Assembly: GCF_964204645.1 (NCBI RefSeq)
Contig: NC_134025.1
Location: 10,168,001 to 10,232,000, forward strand
Reading direction: 5' to 3'
Length of the DNA: 64,000 nucleotides
From: Tubulanus polymorphus
Taxonomy: Eukaryota; Animalia; Nemertea
Both the position numbers and the translations under genes were made by a program. The notes under the pieces were generated by a model. That model was not told the origin of the DNA, did no database searches, and saw nothing but the letters and a program-made list of their open reading frames with translations. Each line of letters opens with the position of its first letter. Position 1 is the first letter of the stretch. Positions 24,001-33,884 of this stretch are shown here, piece after piece.

Positions 24001-25443
24001 AAGAAATGCCATCATATAGCCTTACTAAAAATGAATACCTAGGTATGAATGGGGTCCATCCACAGAAAAACAAGCGGATAACTTACCAGATTCTATAGTT
24101 TGAGCGAACATTTCTAGACCCTCGAACGGCTGCGCTGCCTCTGCTTGGTATTCACCGTCAGTTGTGTTTTGTTTCAGACATTCCTGCGCTAACTGAAGAC
24201 TGCTTGTCATGCTCATCATCGAGTCGAACATTGGAGCTGTAAAAATACGGGAATCGATAACATGACTTTTCATTGGACCAGCACCGTATTTATCAGGGGC
24301 CAATCGTTCAAAAATTGGTTCAACCGTATGGGTGTAGACTGCTGGTAGACCTATAGGCCTAATATAAGGATGTAAGGATGTTGGGTCAGTACAATCAGGA
24401 TCAATTGAGTACATTTTACTTTTGGGGCGCAAAAATCGACTTGTTCTCGCATTTGCAATAACGTATGAAGATGAAATCATGGTGCACTGAGATGGCTGTT
24501 AGTCAACAGCCAGCTCACAAGATGGTTAAAGATAACCAACAGATAAATACCATAGTAACAATGAATTTTGTCAATGTCAACTATCCGTCCGAAACGTTTG
24601 GTTTCATTTCAATAAATTCTATCATCTAAAATTCTACTGCGGGAATTCTTCAGGCTTTCTAGCCAACAGTTAAGTGGGGATTGCTTTGCTAGATTGGCCA
24701 GGCCTATCATTTACTTACTCGCAGGACCGGCTTCGACTCTTTCTTTCGGTTGAAGCGTCAGCTCTAAACCGGTCACTTCCATCACCGTATTATCATTGGT
24801 CAACGCCGACCAAGGTATCGACACGCAAATACTGCTGATAAATCCGTCGACAAGCTCCAGAGGTACATTGTTAGCTTCGAGATGTTCATTCAGGGACTGC
24901 AGAACAATTAAGAAAAAGAATAGAAAGAGGCCAAATGTAAATGTGGCTAATTCATGATTCATTAAATAGTCCCCTATTCTTGAATCGCACCACTTAATTT
25001 TTTAGGCCTATTTATAATTCAGGCTTTTAAAAAATATTTCTTGGAGCTTCTGCCATGGGAATTCCACCAAAAACAAAGGAATTTTTTTTAAAACCTATGT
25101 TGTCTTAGTTTTCAAAAGAAAATATCATATTTCTGGTATTTCCGGCTGGATTGAGTAACTAACTACGGAGAAATAGGATCAACCACTTCAAACTTTTGAT
25201 GACAGAAGCAATAAAATCCCTACTGCCTAAAATGATTATCAACGTCAACTGAGAATCACTCTCAATCTTGCTCACCCAAACATCCAAGTTGAGGTTTTTA
25301 ATTGTACCAGTGCCATTGTATAAATCAACGCTCAGCTGATCGAGTGTCAATTTCTCTTGCAGAAACTGGCCTAGATAGTGCTGTAACAAGTATCTGCAGG
25401 CGCGTTTCTTGATCGACTCCGACCAGGGGAAGAACCAAGGCAT
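1..25443 (-). CDS. ATG2: Autophagy-related protein 2 (ATG2A/B-like lipid transfer protein), 5' portion; gene continues beyond the left edge
   Basis: N-terminus MPWFFPWSESIKKRACRYLLQHYLGQFLQEKLTLDQLSVDLYNGTG is the Chorein_N start of ATG2. Later blocks PFEGLEMFAQTIESVLSRIK, ACPHDHL, ELDVTIVDRINSLL, RFPIPDLR, FDWPR, PSPFSTKRVLYENEEMVMPGD, LYNRINSDLLLWEP follow ATG2 order. GT-AG exons with consistent phase: 25443-25276, 24896-24719, 24236-24087, 23784-23682, 23361-23154, 22569-22417, 22328-22232, 21955-21767, (optional 21484-21437), 20724-20572, 20382-20278, 19509-19239, 18589-18400, 9123-9010, 8529-8359, 7961-7858, 7607-7438, 2861-2750, 1984-1670, 1185-1016, 776-613, 37-1 (open). Confidence 0.96.
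1321..1649. mobile_element. MITE family A with about 100-bp imperfect TIRs; second copy about 51684-51965
   Basis: Left gcagggatttgaacctgatggcatcgcgactcg...aaaaccctg is the reverse complement of right caaggttttgtg...gccatcgggttcgattccctgc. The internal gatgatgtc..atcagaaatc..ttttatttt block is shared with the 51.7-kb copy. Confidence 0.75.
2113..2272. mobile_element. MITE with CAGGGGCRGATCCA termini
   Basis: caggggcagatcca...tggatccgcccttg flanked by the direct repeat gtcac. Related ends at about 9334-9518 and 53285. Confidence 0.6.
3009..4610 (+). CDS. UDP-glycosyltransferase (UGT, GT1 family), intronless CDS, copy A, nested antisense in ATG2 intron 2862-7437
   Basis: 533-aa ORF with a signal peptide ending CDA|AKIL, catalytic SH motif, UGT signature WLPQREILAHKNVVLFITHCGNAGQYEALYSAVPMLGIPFFSDQ, C-terminal TM helix and Lys-rich tail. 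The true start may be the ATG at 3042. Confidence 0.95.
   Translation: MYIMLGIVLIRMFSLKISVILMVGTVACDAAKILVLSPGGHSHLQQVYTIGKQLLKSGSHEITALVPEHMKNSPLLNTKEIEVVMFDPGHAATEALSKEENLKIQKMVLKGDPIEMGRKMKILNYEMCISFLRNRELFDRLNAKKFDFAIINGAPMARCYYFMLYRLNVSYATVTTIPSPDMMSSLLNLPSLRAPMTLNAEINDGNNENTFIWRLKNALVTAMIVWMNYDNQFTSFVPERPPMTVTKLASNSKIWLVESDGLLDAPQPIMPHIFHVGGLSITKPKQLESKFKAIADEATDSLVLISFGGYLDFIDEKFYDKIYEALKKLPQFTFIWKMKQHPKEAPPKNVHIFDWLPQREILAHKNVVLFITHCGNAGQYEALYSAVPMLGIPFFSDQASNAIRMYKKGFGRMLHLKTFTTPMLADMIVQMTSNPRYKQAIGKASALYRLKKPAIERAAEAIEHVLEHGSDHLRSPAVELEWYQLLMWDVALFLLIAMHALIFSIGFCFCKCYKCCRRKCSQTRKQEIKPKSQ
5131..5459. repeat. Tandem duplication, 2 copies, 166-bp period, just upstream of UGT copy B
   Basis: tcatctatcttttttataaatgataatttg...aaaaacatt occurs at 5131-5293 and 5297-5459 with only a few mismatches. 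Confidence 0.93.
5520..7100 (+). CDS. UDP-glycosyltransferase (UGT), intronless CDS, copy B, nested antisense in the same ATG2 intron
   Basis: 526-aa ORF with the same architecture as copy A and signature WIPQREILAHKNVVLFITHCGNAGQYEALYSAVPMLGIPFFGDQ. The ATG is directly preceded by cttttttag, an acceptor-like sequence suggesting an upstream non-coding exon. Confidence 0.95.
   Translation: MICLWKLAAILMLNFAACEAAKILLIAPGSPSHLQQVYVIGKQLVKSGRHEITVLVPKHIENSPILTNDKINVLTYKASPAAERMDTDDDIQKEWQKTALEGNLWAMLRNLREFNYEACTSFLKDQELFAKVKAKNFDFAIIDGISFCRCMYFMAYRLNIPYATVVTVLAPDMMSSVLNLPSIREPLTVNAVIGDDEGTFVWRVKNALKSVMFVLVESFTINQNQFAYLVPERPPTTVEKLARDSKIWLIDSDSSLDAPQPIMPHVFQVGGLSISKPKQLESKFKAIADKATDSLVLISFGGNVKAMDDEYYNKIYEALKKLPQFTFIWKIKQHPKENPPKNVHIFDWIPQREILAHKNVVLFITHCGNAGQYEALYSAVPMLGIPFFGDQHSNAIRMFRRGFGQFLDLKTFTTPMLTDMIVEMTLNPRYKRAIRKASALYWLKEPAIERAAKAIEHVLEHGSDHLRSPAVELEWYQLLMWDVALFLLIVTLVVIFIIGFCLSKCYKCCRRYCCRSGKQKRKQKQR
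8175..8291. mobile_element. Short MITE (GGGGCCAGTTGCT termini); related copies about 18687-18815 and 24508-24585
   Basis: ggggccagttgctaaaaagttgg...tttttgagcagctggcgcc; the core ataccatag..acaatgaact..caactatccact is shared between copies. Confidence 0.6.
11176..11392. mobile_element. MITE family D (GGCTAAAA...TTTTAGCC); copies 27531-27749, about 38510-38646 (partial), 62208-62422
   Basis: TIR ggctaaaa..gataccttgtttctc / gagaaacaa..ggtatc..ttagcc. The interior gttagcttgatcatgatttaaaaaaagtaatgtacaggg is conserved in four places. Confidence 0.8.
11979..12002. repeat. (CA)n microsatellite in the probable promoter of the LRR gene
   Basis: cacacacacacacacactcacaca. Confidence 0.85.
12243..15451 (+). 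CDS. Type I membrane protein: signal peptide, LRRNT, long LRR array, LRRCT, FN3, TM, Tyr-containing tail (about 899 aa), nested antisense in ATG2 intron 9124-18399
   Basis: Exon 1 12243-12261 (ATG AAA ACG GAG TCA AAA G|gtgag) joins in frame to the acceptor cttttcag at 12770. Exon 2 12771-15451 gives MKTESKATIFQLLAFGILTIASIGDA|CPIPTCKC, repeated LxxLxLxxNxI units, NPLQCDCHLSWL...WTCSAP (LRRCT), W...YVLTNLQPNTEYTICI (FN3), then a hydrophobic TM followed by RRRR. Candidate AATAAA at 17303. Confidence 0.93.
19570..19774. mobile_element. Foldback/MITE with about 50-bp TIRs
   Basis: aagcgtaaaagacaaattgtactttgaag...cttcaaagtacaatttgtccttacgctt. Confidence 0.65.
20895..21160. mobile_element. piggyBac-like MITE family C (TTAA|CCCTTT...AAAGGG|TTAA); copies 45866-46166, 61370-61555, partial about 19795-19900 and 26790-26830
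   Basis: ttaaccctttcagtgcgtctacaccgcagtgcggtgta. The 61370 copy has TTAA on both sides and CCC/GGG termini. Confidence 0.8.
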
Positions 25444-25551
25444 GTTTCTATCACTAGTTTCTATCAGGTGTCGCGCTAAAACTCGTCGAATATTCGAAAA
25501 CGTTTCATTTTTTGTACCACGTTCTCCACAATCCAAGTCAAAACAAAGTTA

Positions 25552-25634
25552 CGCCATATTGTAAATATCATCTGACGTCAAACCCACCAGGCGGCGCTGT
25601 AAGGCGAAGCACGTGCTATTGTTTATAAACAAAC
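25552..25634. promoter_or_regulatory. ATG2 proximal promoter motif cluster (YY1-like, CRE, CTCF-like, E-box, paired forkhead sites)
   Basis: CGCCATATT at 25552, TGACGTCA 25573-25580, CCACCAGGCGGCGCTG about 25584-25599, CACGTG 25610-25615 and TTGTTTATAAACAA 25619-25632, all 110-190 bp upstream of the ATG2 start codon. Confidence 0.55.
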
Positions 25635-28600
25635 AGCTGTCAAACGCACTTGTACGCCTGAGTAGTAGTGCCTAGTTGACCTTAAACAGCTGTGACCCTA
25701 ACTGGTAAATTTCCCAACGCTACTGCTATCGACCCACTGTGACCTTTCTAGAAGGGCTTGCCTTAGTCGGGCTCATCAAATAAATGACCTTACCATTGGT
25801 GTTTAGATATCAAGACTTCATGAATTTCTTACTTTTTTAGGTGTCTGCTAGGATGCTATTGTCTTGAATGCGATGTCCCTTTCACGCTACATGTCTCATC
25901 TGGGTGTATTATGTCTGTTAGACAGTTATTAATGTTTAATCAAATTTTGAGATGTCATTTTTCTTATAGTATGCTTGGATACCAGCAGAAATACTTCATG
26001 TTCCCAAACTTCATGTTACAAGCCTCTTTGACTTTTTCAACTCAAGTGATGTGTGCTCGAAAATCCTTGGGGCATAGCGCGACCATAATTTCCAAACGCA
26101 AAAAAATATATATAGTTTAAGTCCTGCTGGTCTGAGAAGAAAAGAACATCCATCAACAAAACATCACAGCGAAGAAACACCTTTTCAAATAATATAGTTA
26201 TTTGTATAACTTAACTTTATTATATTATGGCAAACTATACACCAAGTTGACAGATTTAAAGATTATAAGATTATAAACATCTCAAACATTTACATCTCTC
26301 CGAATTGTGCTAGGTTACAATTACATTGATTATACAAATTATTTTTCTATTCTATGTGCTTTGCTTTTTTCTAATGGTCAGACAGATGAACGATCAGTTT
26401 GATATTCCTTCGATTTAAGACCCGACCCAAAATTGGTTACGAAATTGGTGTACACGCGTTTTGAGCACAAATACTGGAAGTGAATTGATAACATACTGAT
26501 TTTAAATATCAACAGCAGTAAACGATGAGGATGTTCATTTTATAGGATTCTATTTGAACATCGATGATTCCAAACCAGTATCGGGGCATGATATACCGGC
26601 AGACGCATCATCAGCCCTTAATGCAGATATCAATTCGCTGTGCGGACCCACCTCTCAGTCATTCTATCACTATTCCTCCAATTTTTATTTGGTGCATCAT
26701 CAGTTACAATATTTCACTAAGTTTGACAGGTGCTGCCATCTTTCATTAGAGATAAAAACTAATTACTTATAATATCAATTCATCACTGATGAATACACCG
26801 CACTGTGGTGTAGACGCACTGAGAGGGTTAATGAATATCTGGTGGTAATCTGTGGTTCTGGTTTGATAGATGAACAAGATCAATTTGATAACCGCACTTT
26901 CAAGGAAGCTCCTTTCCAGACTTCCACACTGTGACTGTGACTATGAATGATGAACGTCTCCGAGCAGTGGTTCCAGATCGCGATCTACATTTAAATGGAA
27001 GTGTTTTTCGGGAGCTGGTTTTTACGTTAAAACAAAACATACTCTCGATATAAAATACACTAAGGTTCGATACGTAGAGAAACCGATATACACTTCGATA
27101 TAGTTATCACGAGTTATTATAGAAACTACTACCACGTAACAAATATACAACAAGAGTGGGGAATGCCGATTAGAGGTGAAAAACATCGCCAGTAACCCAG
27201 CCACGATGTGTGAGGTCAGCGTGGTATTGAGGATCATTTTTTCTTCTGGAAATGTTTGACGAATTTCTATTTTTTGAAGGTGAATCAGATTGTACTAAGT
27301 GCCGTTAACAGTATGTACGTAGTTCACCACTGGCACACGTTCGACAACTTGTGATCATTGTTTTATACTCTGTGATTTTCGAAATGTAATATAAAATCTG
27401 ACCAATGCGTACATTGTGAAATACTATCCACTTTACTTACTGACACTACTACCCCTTCAATGTACTTTTTGTGTAAACTTCATGCTAAGTAAATTTCCGC
27501 TTAATCCAGATCATTAGCGATCAATGTTTTGGCTTAAAAAGAATGGTACCTTGTTTCTCATAGTCGGCCGGATCATTTTGTAAACTGTAATGAAATTTGC
27601 AATCAGTTCATTTCTATAGCTGCCGGGTCTGTTATTGTTAGCTTGATCATGATTTTGTAAAAAGTTATGTACAGGTTAGATAGGCAGCTGACTGGGTAAA
27701 CTTTTAAGCTCGGCAGAAAGGAGAAACAAGGTTTCAATTTTCTTTAGCTTTTATCAAAAATCGATAATGGAACTTACGACAGGATAGGATCTGAAATGCT
27801 ATCTGTAATTGAAAATAGTTTTTCTTTTGTTTACAATTCAATGCGCCGATCTGGTAAAAATGCCGATGGAATTGATCTGGATGAAGACGGTACTGTTATA
27901 AACGCATCTAAGGATTAGGAAACGACGATATTCTATACGAATATCACACATACCGAACATAGTCGAACCACGGACTCCTCCTGTTTCGCTATTAAAGAGT
28001 CCGCGTTCGTTCGTTAGACAGTATTTGAAAACTCCTAGTCATCATATAAATATATATATGTACAGATCTTTGTTTCATAAAAATGCAGCATTTAAAACAT
28101 ATATGTCGTTTTACGAAAACTCTGCAGCCAGTCCCGGCGTTCAGTACCGGTGTAGTTTACAGTTTCCGACTATGAATAAGACTCGGACAGAACGAACAAT
28201 ATTCTGTCGCTTATTAATGATTTGAGCTACTTCTATTTATTTCGTACTAAACTATCTTTCTGTTTCTAGATAAAAATACCGATTACATTTAGCTTCATTT
28301 ACCAGACATAATATATACGGAACCCAGAATCGATATTCCGATTGCCCTAACGATATTGCCATACGTGAATGTCATCGGAGCTAAGATCAGCATCTACGGT
28401 CAAAGTCCATTATAACGCCATTGCTCACTAATGCTGCCCACAATTTACGGAGAAAAAATTTTTTTAATCCAACTCAAATTCAATGAAAATACCATTCTTA
28501 ATAACTCCGAATTCGTTTTAACGCCACATTTTTCACTTGGTCCCGACAGTGGCATTATAAAGGTCGTTTACCGTATATTGATTTTCTCCGCTTGGAATTA

Positions 28601-28925
28601 AGATTTAACATTTCCCGGGGTTCCCCCAAAGCACTTCTTAGATGCTTTGATGAAGGTCCAGTGACCAAAGGAAGACTGATACACAGAATTTCTACAGCTC
28701 TATGCGTGTCTTGTTCCTTTTCGACTGAGTCCACGGTTCAACTTACTGTGCGTCTGGTAAACATTGATTTACGACGTACACGTGTGTGCCGAGAGGCGTT
28801 TAAGGCAGCATTCTTCAAAGCATTACCATCTACTCCATTTACGTCGAACAGATTTTACAGTATATTTCTAGCAGGACACAGTTTTACCCTATGGTAAACC
28901 GCAATTGGTTATTGTTCATCAAATA

Positions 28926-29101
28926 CAGTCAACCCCCGATATACCGCCCTCCTGCATACCACCATCCCCGCCTATCGCCAGGTTTCCTCAATGTACATCT
29001 CTATACAAATACATAGTAAAACACCCCCGATATACCGCCATACTCTCTATACCGCAAAAAACGTTCTGCACCGATGTGGGCGGTATATCGAGGGTTGACT
29101 G
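28926..29101. mobile_element. Tc1/mariner (pogo-like) MITE family B with TA target duplication
   Basis: ta|cagtcaacccccgatataccgcc...ggcggtatatcgagggttgactg|ta. A related, more degenerate element lies at 28397-28573. Confidence 0.88.
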
Positions 29102-31124
29102 TATCAACACTCTATCCTATGATTCTGTAGCTAGAAAAGCTGATGAAGTGCCAGGCTTACCTTTACAAAACTGATTACAAAATGGGTTTATAGTTATCAT
29201 CATTTTTTTGATTTACACAAAACCCACCGACCCATTCATCTATGACTTCAGTTCCTGAGATTGTTTTTATTTATAAGTCACCACCATGACAGGCAGTTAC
29301 AAAGCTTCGAAAAATACAGCCCTAAACCCTCGCGTGCTCGGATATGTACTATTCTACTCAGTTCCATCTTATATATGTACAGTTCAAATTCGAATCATGT
29401 AAAAGATTACCGCTGCGAAAATACAGAACGAAATTCTTCGATTCAAAACGCGAAAAACACGACGAATTGAGATTGTATAAGTAAATGCAGTCGAATTTGT
29501 GACAAGTCAAAATAAAGCATCGCTCTGAAATAACACAATCCGTGTACATCTGCGTACCAATTTGCCAAACGAATTCAACACTGGGGAATTCATTCATTTC
29601 GTCAAAAAATGTGTCGGTTATTTCACACGACCGCGATCGAATAATATCAGTGGGTAAATTCATCAAAAAGACTTGAAATCAAGTAAAATGGCAACGGACA
29701 ATTCGGGATATATTACGAAATGAGATTCGTTTATCCATTCGGGGATACAGCCGAGAAATTTTAGAGATCAAGTACTAGTAAAACAAAGATCTTGTCTAAT
29801 CCGGCTGAATACAAGCGTTATTAACCTATAATGAATTTGTACACCTAACTACCGAATTAATACCTTGTAAGTGCGTTTACAAATACGTAGATGTCGTAGC
29901 CTCAACGCTTAATAAATTCAGCTGAAGCACGAAAAATCGCAGCTTTATGAACATCAATTGATTGTTAAATTAAAATATCATGATTAATACTTCATATTTT
30001 AAAGCTACATTTTTGATAGTAAATCATAAAAGCACCAAAAGGATCAAAGATCGGATTTATTTCCAACGATTCTACGTATACGTACATTTCAAACTTCAAA
30101 CTAGATTTCTACGGAAACTATAATAACTATCAAATGCGAAAATAACAAGCGAAAGCTAATGCAGCCTTGTTGTCGTGAAAACTAAGGCCTACCCTATCTT
30201 CCAGAGACACATGTATTACCGGTAGCATTCAAACGTCAGGGTTCTTATGGGTTGTCCAATTTGATTGTCCATACCTTTCCATACCCAGATTATAAATTTT
30301 CCATACCCCTAAATAACAAAACATCGCCAACCAGAACAGGCAATGTAGGCCCATTGAAAGTAAATAAGTGCCAAATTATCAATACTAATGACAAAATATT
30401 TTCATCTGTATAGTGACAACTCCCTGTTGTAATCAAATCATTAGTAAGACAAAATGCACATAGCCTAGAATTTAAAATAGAAGGACGCGACCATTTTCGG
30501 ATTTTCCACACCCATAGCGAAAAAAAAAAAATTTCCATAAGGACTTGAAAAAATTCCCATTTTCCAAAACCCGTAAGAACCCTGAAATGTTCATGACCCA
30601 TGATTCCGAACAAATGACTCAAAATATATACAGTGAAATTTTTGTTTGTATTATCTGAATACTTTTGGGTCCAGGCTTCAAAGAAAAGCTTAGTAGGAGA
30701 CAAATACTAACTGTATAACTACTAATGACTAGATGATGAGCAGTTCAGATTTAGATGGCGCTGACAGTAACATTTTGTAGTATCTGAAGTATCCGCTTCA
30801 GTAGGAAATTACTATCGCTATGCATTCCGAAGTGATTCATATCCTTCCGATACATACGTTCCATCGTCGGATTTCCACATTCGGATAAACCTGTCGAACC
30901 ACAGGACGTAGAAGGTGGGTAGAACGGATTAAAAACCTTCCGAATAAAACACAATTTTGACGACGCGCGATAGATAATGAATAAACAAACTCGCAATCAC
31001 AGGGAGGGATGGCATGTCGCGTAAAGAGAATAACAATCTGCGCGCATTACCACGTGAAAAAGGCCACGAAGTTTTCACGTACGAATGCGGCGGATTCTTC
31101 TCTCAATATAACAAATGCCTATTG

Positions 31125-32766
31125 CTATAGACGCGTGAAGTGTCGTTTCGAGGTCGTATCAGACTGGTTTTGTTGCTGTTGTTGTTCTGGTTGCTGGTGC
31201 TGTTCTTGGTGGTTGATCACCGTCTGTAAAGCGACCGGCGTCAGCCATTCTTTGGGTATCGCACGCTCGATGAACGGTATACACGAACTGACGTAAGCCA
31301 ATCTGTTCACCCAACTCGGCAGCTCTTTACCGCACAAGATCTGAAAATAACATGTTCAACTGGTTATCTTCTATGTGGTATAATGCTTAAATGATTCAGT
31401 GTTCTCCATATGCTGGAAAAATTTGAAGGGACTGCATTCATCACATCAATTATATGAGATCGTGGCTGCTGAAGTGGCGAGGCTTTCGATATCCCTCCGA
31501 AAAATACAGAAAATTAAGCTAAATTCTAGTGTTATCTTCTATTTTTCACATATTTAAGCTCAATAGATTTCAAAGCAATTATCAGCACTGATAGAATATT
31601 GACATCCACTCTGGTAGAGTCAGCAGATATTACATAAGTGGTTGCTGACTTTCAGGGGTGGATGTGAAAAATGAAAGGAGTGGCCACCCCTCTAAAACCT
31701 GATGTGGAGAACAGTAATATCATTAATTTTTCAATGAACGTTATGCATGTAATACATAGGTATGAGCCGGTGCACTTTTATCAGTATGTAGCGTTACAAA
31801 AGTGTCTGTGCTACCCATTTTACCATACAACTGCAACATTGTCACTATTTCCACCCTAAAAGCTCCATTACAAACTGGTTATAACGGTCCAGTAATCACC
31901 GGATGAAAACGGAACTTCTCAAAATACTGACCTGAATTAAGGCCTCTGTGTAGTGGTTACAGTTTTTATTCAGCAGATGATACTGATCGCCACGGAATTC
32001 TTTTCCGAGTTGTTCGATAATGTTTTTCACATCTTCCGGATTAAAATCGGTTTGCCCGATAAAAATGGATGTTCTAAAATGCGACGGAAAAAAATTGATA
32101 TAGAATCTGTAGATCTTCTACTAACTTCTAAGAGCAATGAACTTTACAACTTTTTCAATTCCAATATATAATTATTAGTACTTACTTAAATTTGAAATGT
32201 TCCCCCAAGTCTTCAGCGTCCTTAGGTTCAATCTCAAAAACGCCACTGAACGGAAATGGATGGCCTCCATAAGCATATTCTGCAAGATAATTCATTATAC
32301 TTGTTCAAAACTAAAAGTAACAGGTTTGGAAAAAAATCCTGGTCCCAAGTGTACTGATTTAGGCGTAGTTTTCTGTATAAGTTCAAACATTTCCAATTGC
32401 TTATTTCTCATAATTGAAGTTTTGGGTATTTTGCTCTAAATAAATGTGTTTCAAGCACCTTCAAAAATATTTTCTGTTTAGACAGAGTTTTTAAGGAATC
32501 AATGAGTCGCAGGAATCCTGAGTTACCGGTAGCAAAGTAGGCCTATATCTGGTTACTCTATTATACATACCAGTTCCATAAACTTCAACACCGGAATGAA
32601 AAACACCAAATCCGAGATTAGCTGTGTATTCATTGATCCAGTACTGAAAATTTGACAAAACAAACTTTTGATTAGGATCAATCGAGGTAATTTTGACGTT
32701 ATTAGAATCATTTCTCAAAACGCTCACCATATCATAGACATTCACATAAATCGATTCTCCAGACAT
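31125..32766 (-). CDS. DESI2: Desumoylating isopeptidase 2 / PPPDE peptidase (187 aa)
   Basis: Exons 32766-32728, 32643-32571, 32279-32186, 32073-31932, 31340-31125 (564 nt). Motifs [24 protein letters not shown] (catalytic His), [28 protein letters not shown] (catalytic Cys), [10 protein letters not shown]. Confidence 0.95.
31397..31714. mobile_element. hAT-like MITE family E (CAGTGTTCTCC termini); copies about 59856-60130 (partial) and 63146-63417 (inverted)
   Basis: cagtgttctccatatgctgg...gtggagaacag. The ORF track shows the same spurious peptide [10 protein letters not shown] / MKGVTAPLKP in two copies. Confidence 0.8.
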
Positions 32767-33884
32767 TGCAGATAATCTAGAACTATTGTTGAGACGAAGC
32801 TTCATTGCACATTGACAAACACAAAATAAGTTTATTGATTCGCCATCACATACGGGTACGAATTTGCCCTTTTACCAATAGCGATCTTTTGTCTGACGTT
32901 ATCTTATTTGCTACAAAATATAGAGATAACTAATTATCAAACTGAATTAGAATTCACTGAAGATGGTTAAGCCGTTCACAGTGAATATTTGCCAGTCCGA
33001 ACATGAAGAACATATTCACTTAAATTCAGCTCGTCCCGGGCAAACTTGTGTTTTCATAGTAAATCAACTAGTGGTCAGGACTGGACTAACAAATCAAATG
33101 GACTATAATTTGATCTTATGCATTTTTATCATAGTACTCATTGACTTTTAGGTCAATCAACTTATTCTTCGCTATTTTCGCTACCGTATTATCTTCGCTA
33201 TTAAATAATGGATCTAGACTTCGACTTGGGTTTCAGGTAGTCTGTAAATCGTAAATATTGGAATTGATCAAAGTTTGCCTTGCCTCAGGACTCCATCATA
33301 AAAGGAAAGCCTTTTCTACTACCCTAGGTTTGGCCTCCAACCTTTTCACAATTTTTAAAGTGTCAATGAGACTGTCCTTCCTAGACCTAGCCCTACTGAA
33401 AAAAATACCATACTTTTTTGTCCTAGCTCACTCTGAAATTCACAATTCTTAATTACAAAAGAGTCCGCTAAATCCGTTAAGTAAATCCAAATGTGAAAAT
33501 TCATCAAAATAGACTAAGCCTACCTCATAAAGTATTGAAAGACGTAGATATTTAGGAGAAAAGGTGAATCAACAGCAAAATCAAGCCAGTGCGTACTTTG
33601 GGAAAAACGTCATTTCCGTCTTCACGCGTAACTACTAAATCCGAATATATTATACGGAACGCTGTTAATTTCTTTTTTGATAGTCTTTTCTCAAAAACTG
33701 TATAAAAGAATAAAAGATAATATACATCAGTATTTTACTAATTATAAAATTATCAGAAGTGGAAAATTTGCTATTGTATAGTAAATATTTAGTTTTATTT
33801 CATCAGCCGTTTCAGAACCTTGATAAGTCTTAATTTTCTCCCGGTTTCGATGACGTTTTTCACACACGGTGTAAAGTAGTAAGG

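Noticed and set aside
28905-29174. Similar short ORFs here and at 54026-54337 (FCTDxGxISxVDCI)
   Set aside because: Translations of two copies of the same non-coding MITE.
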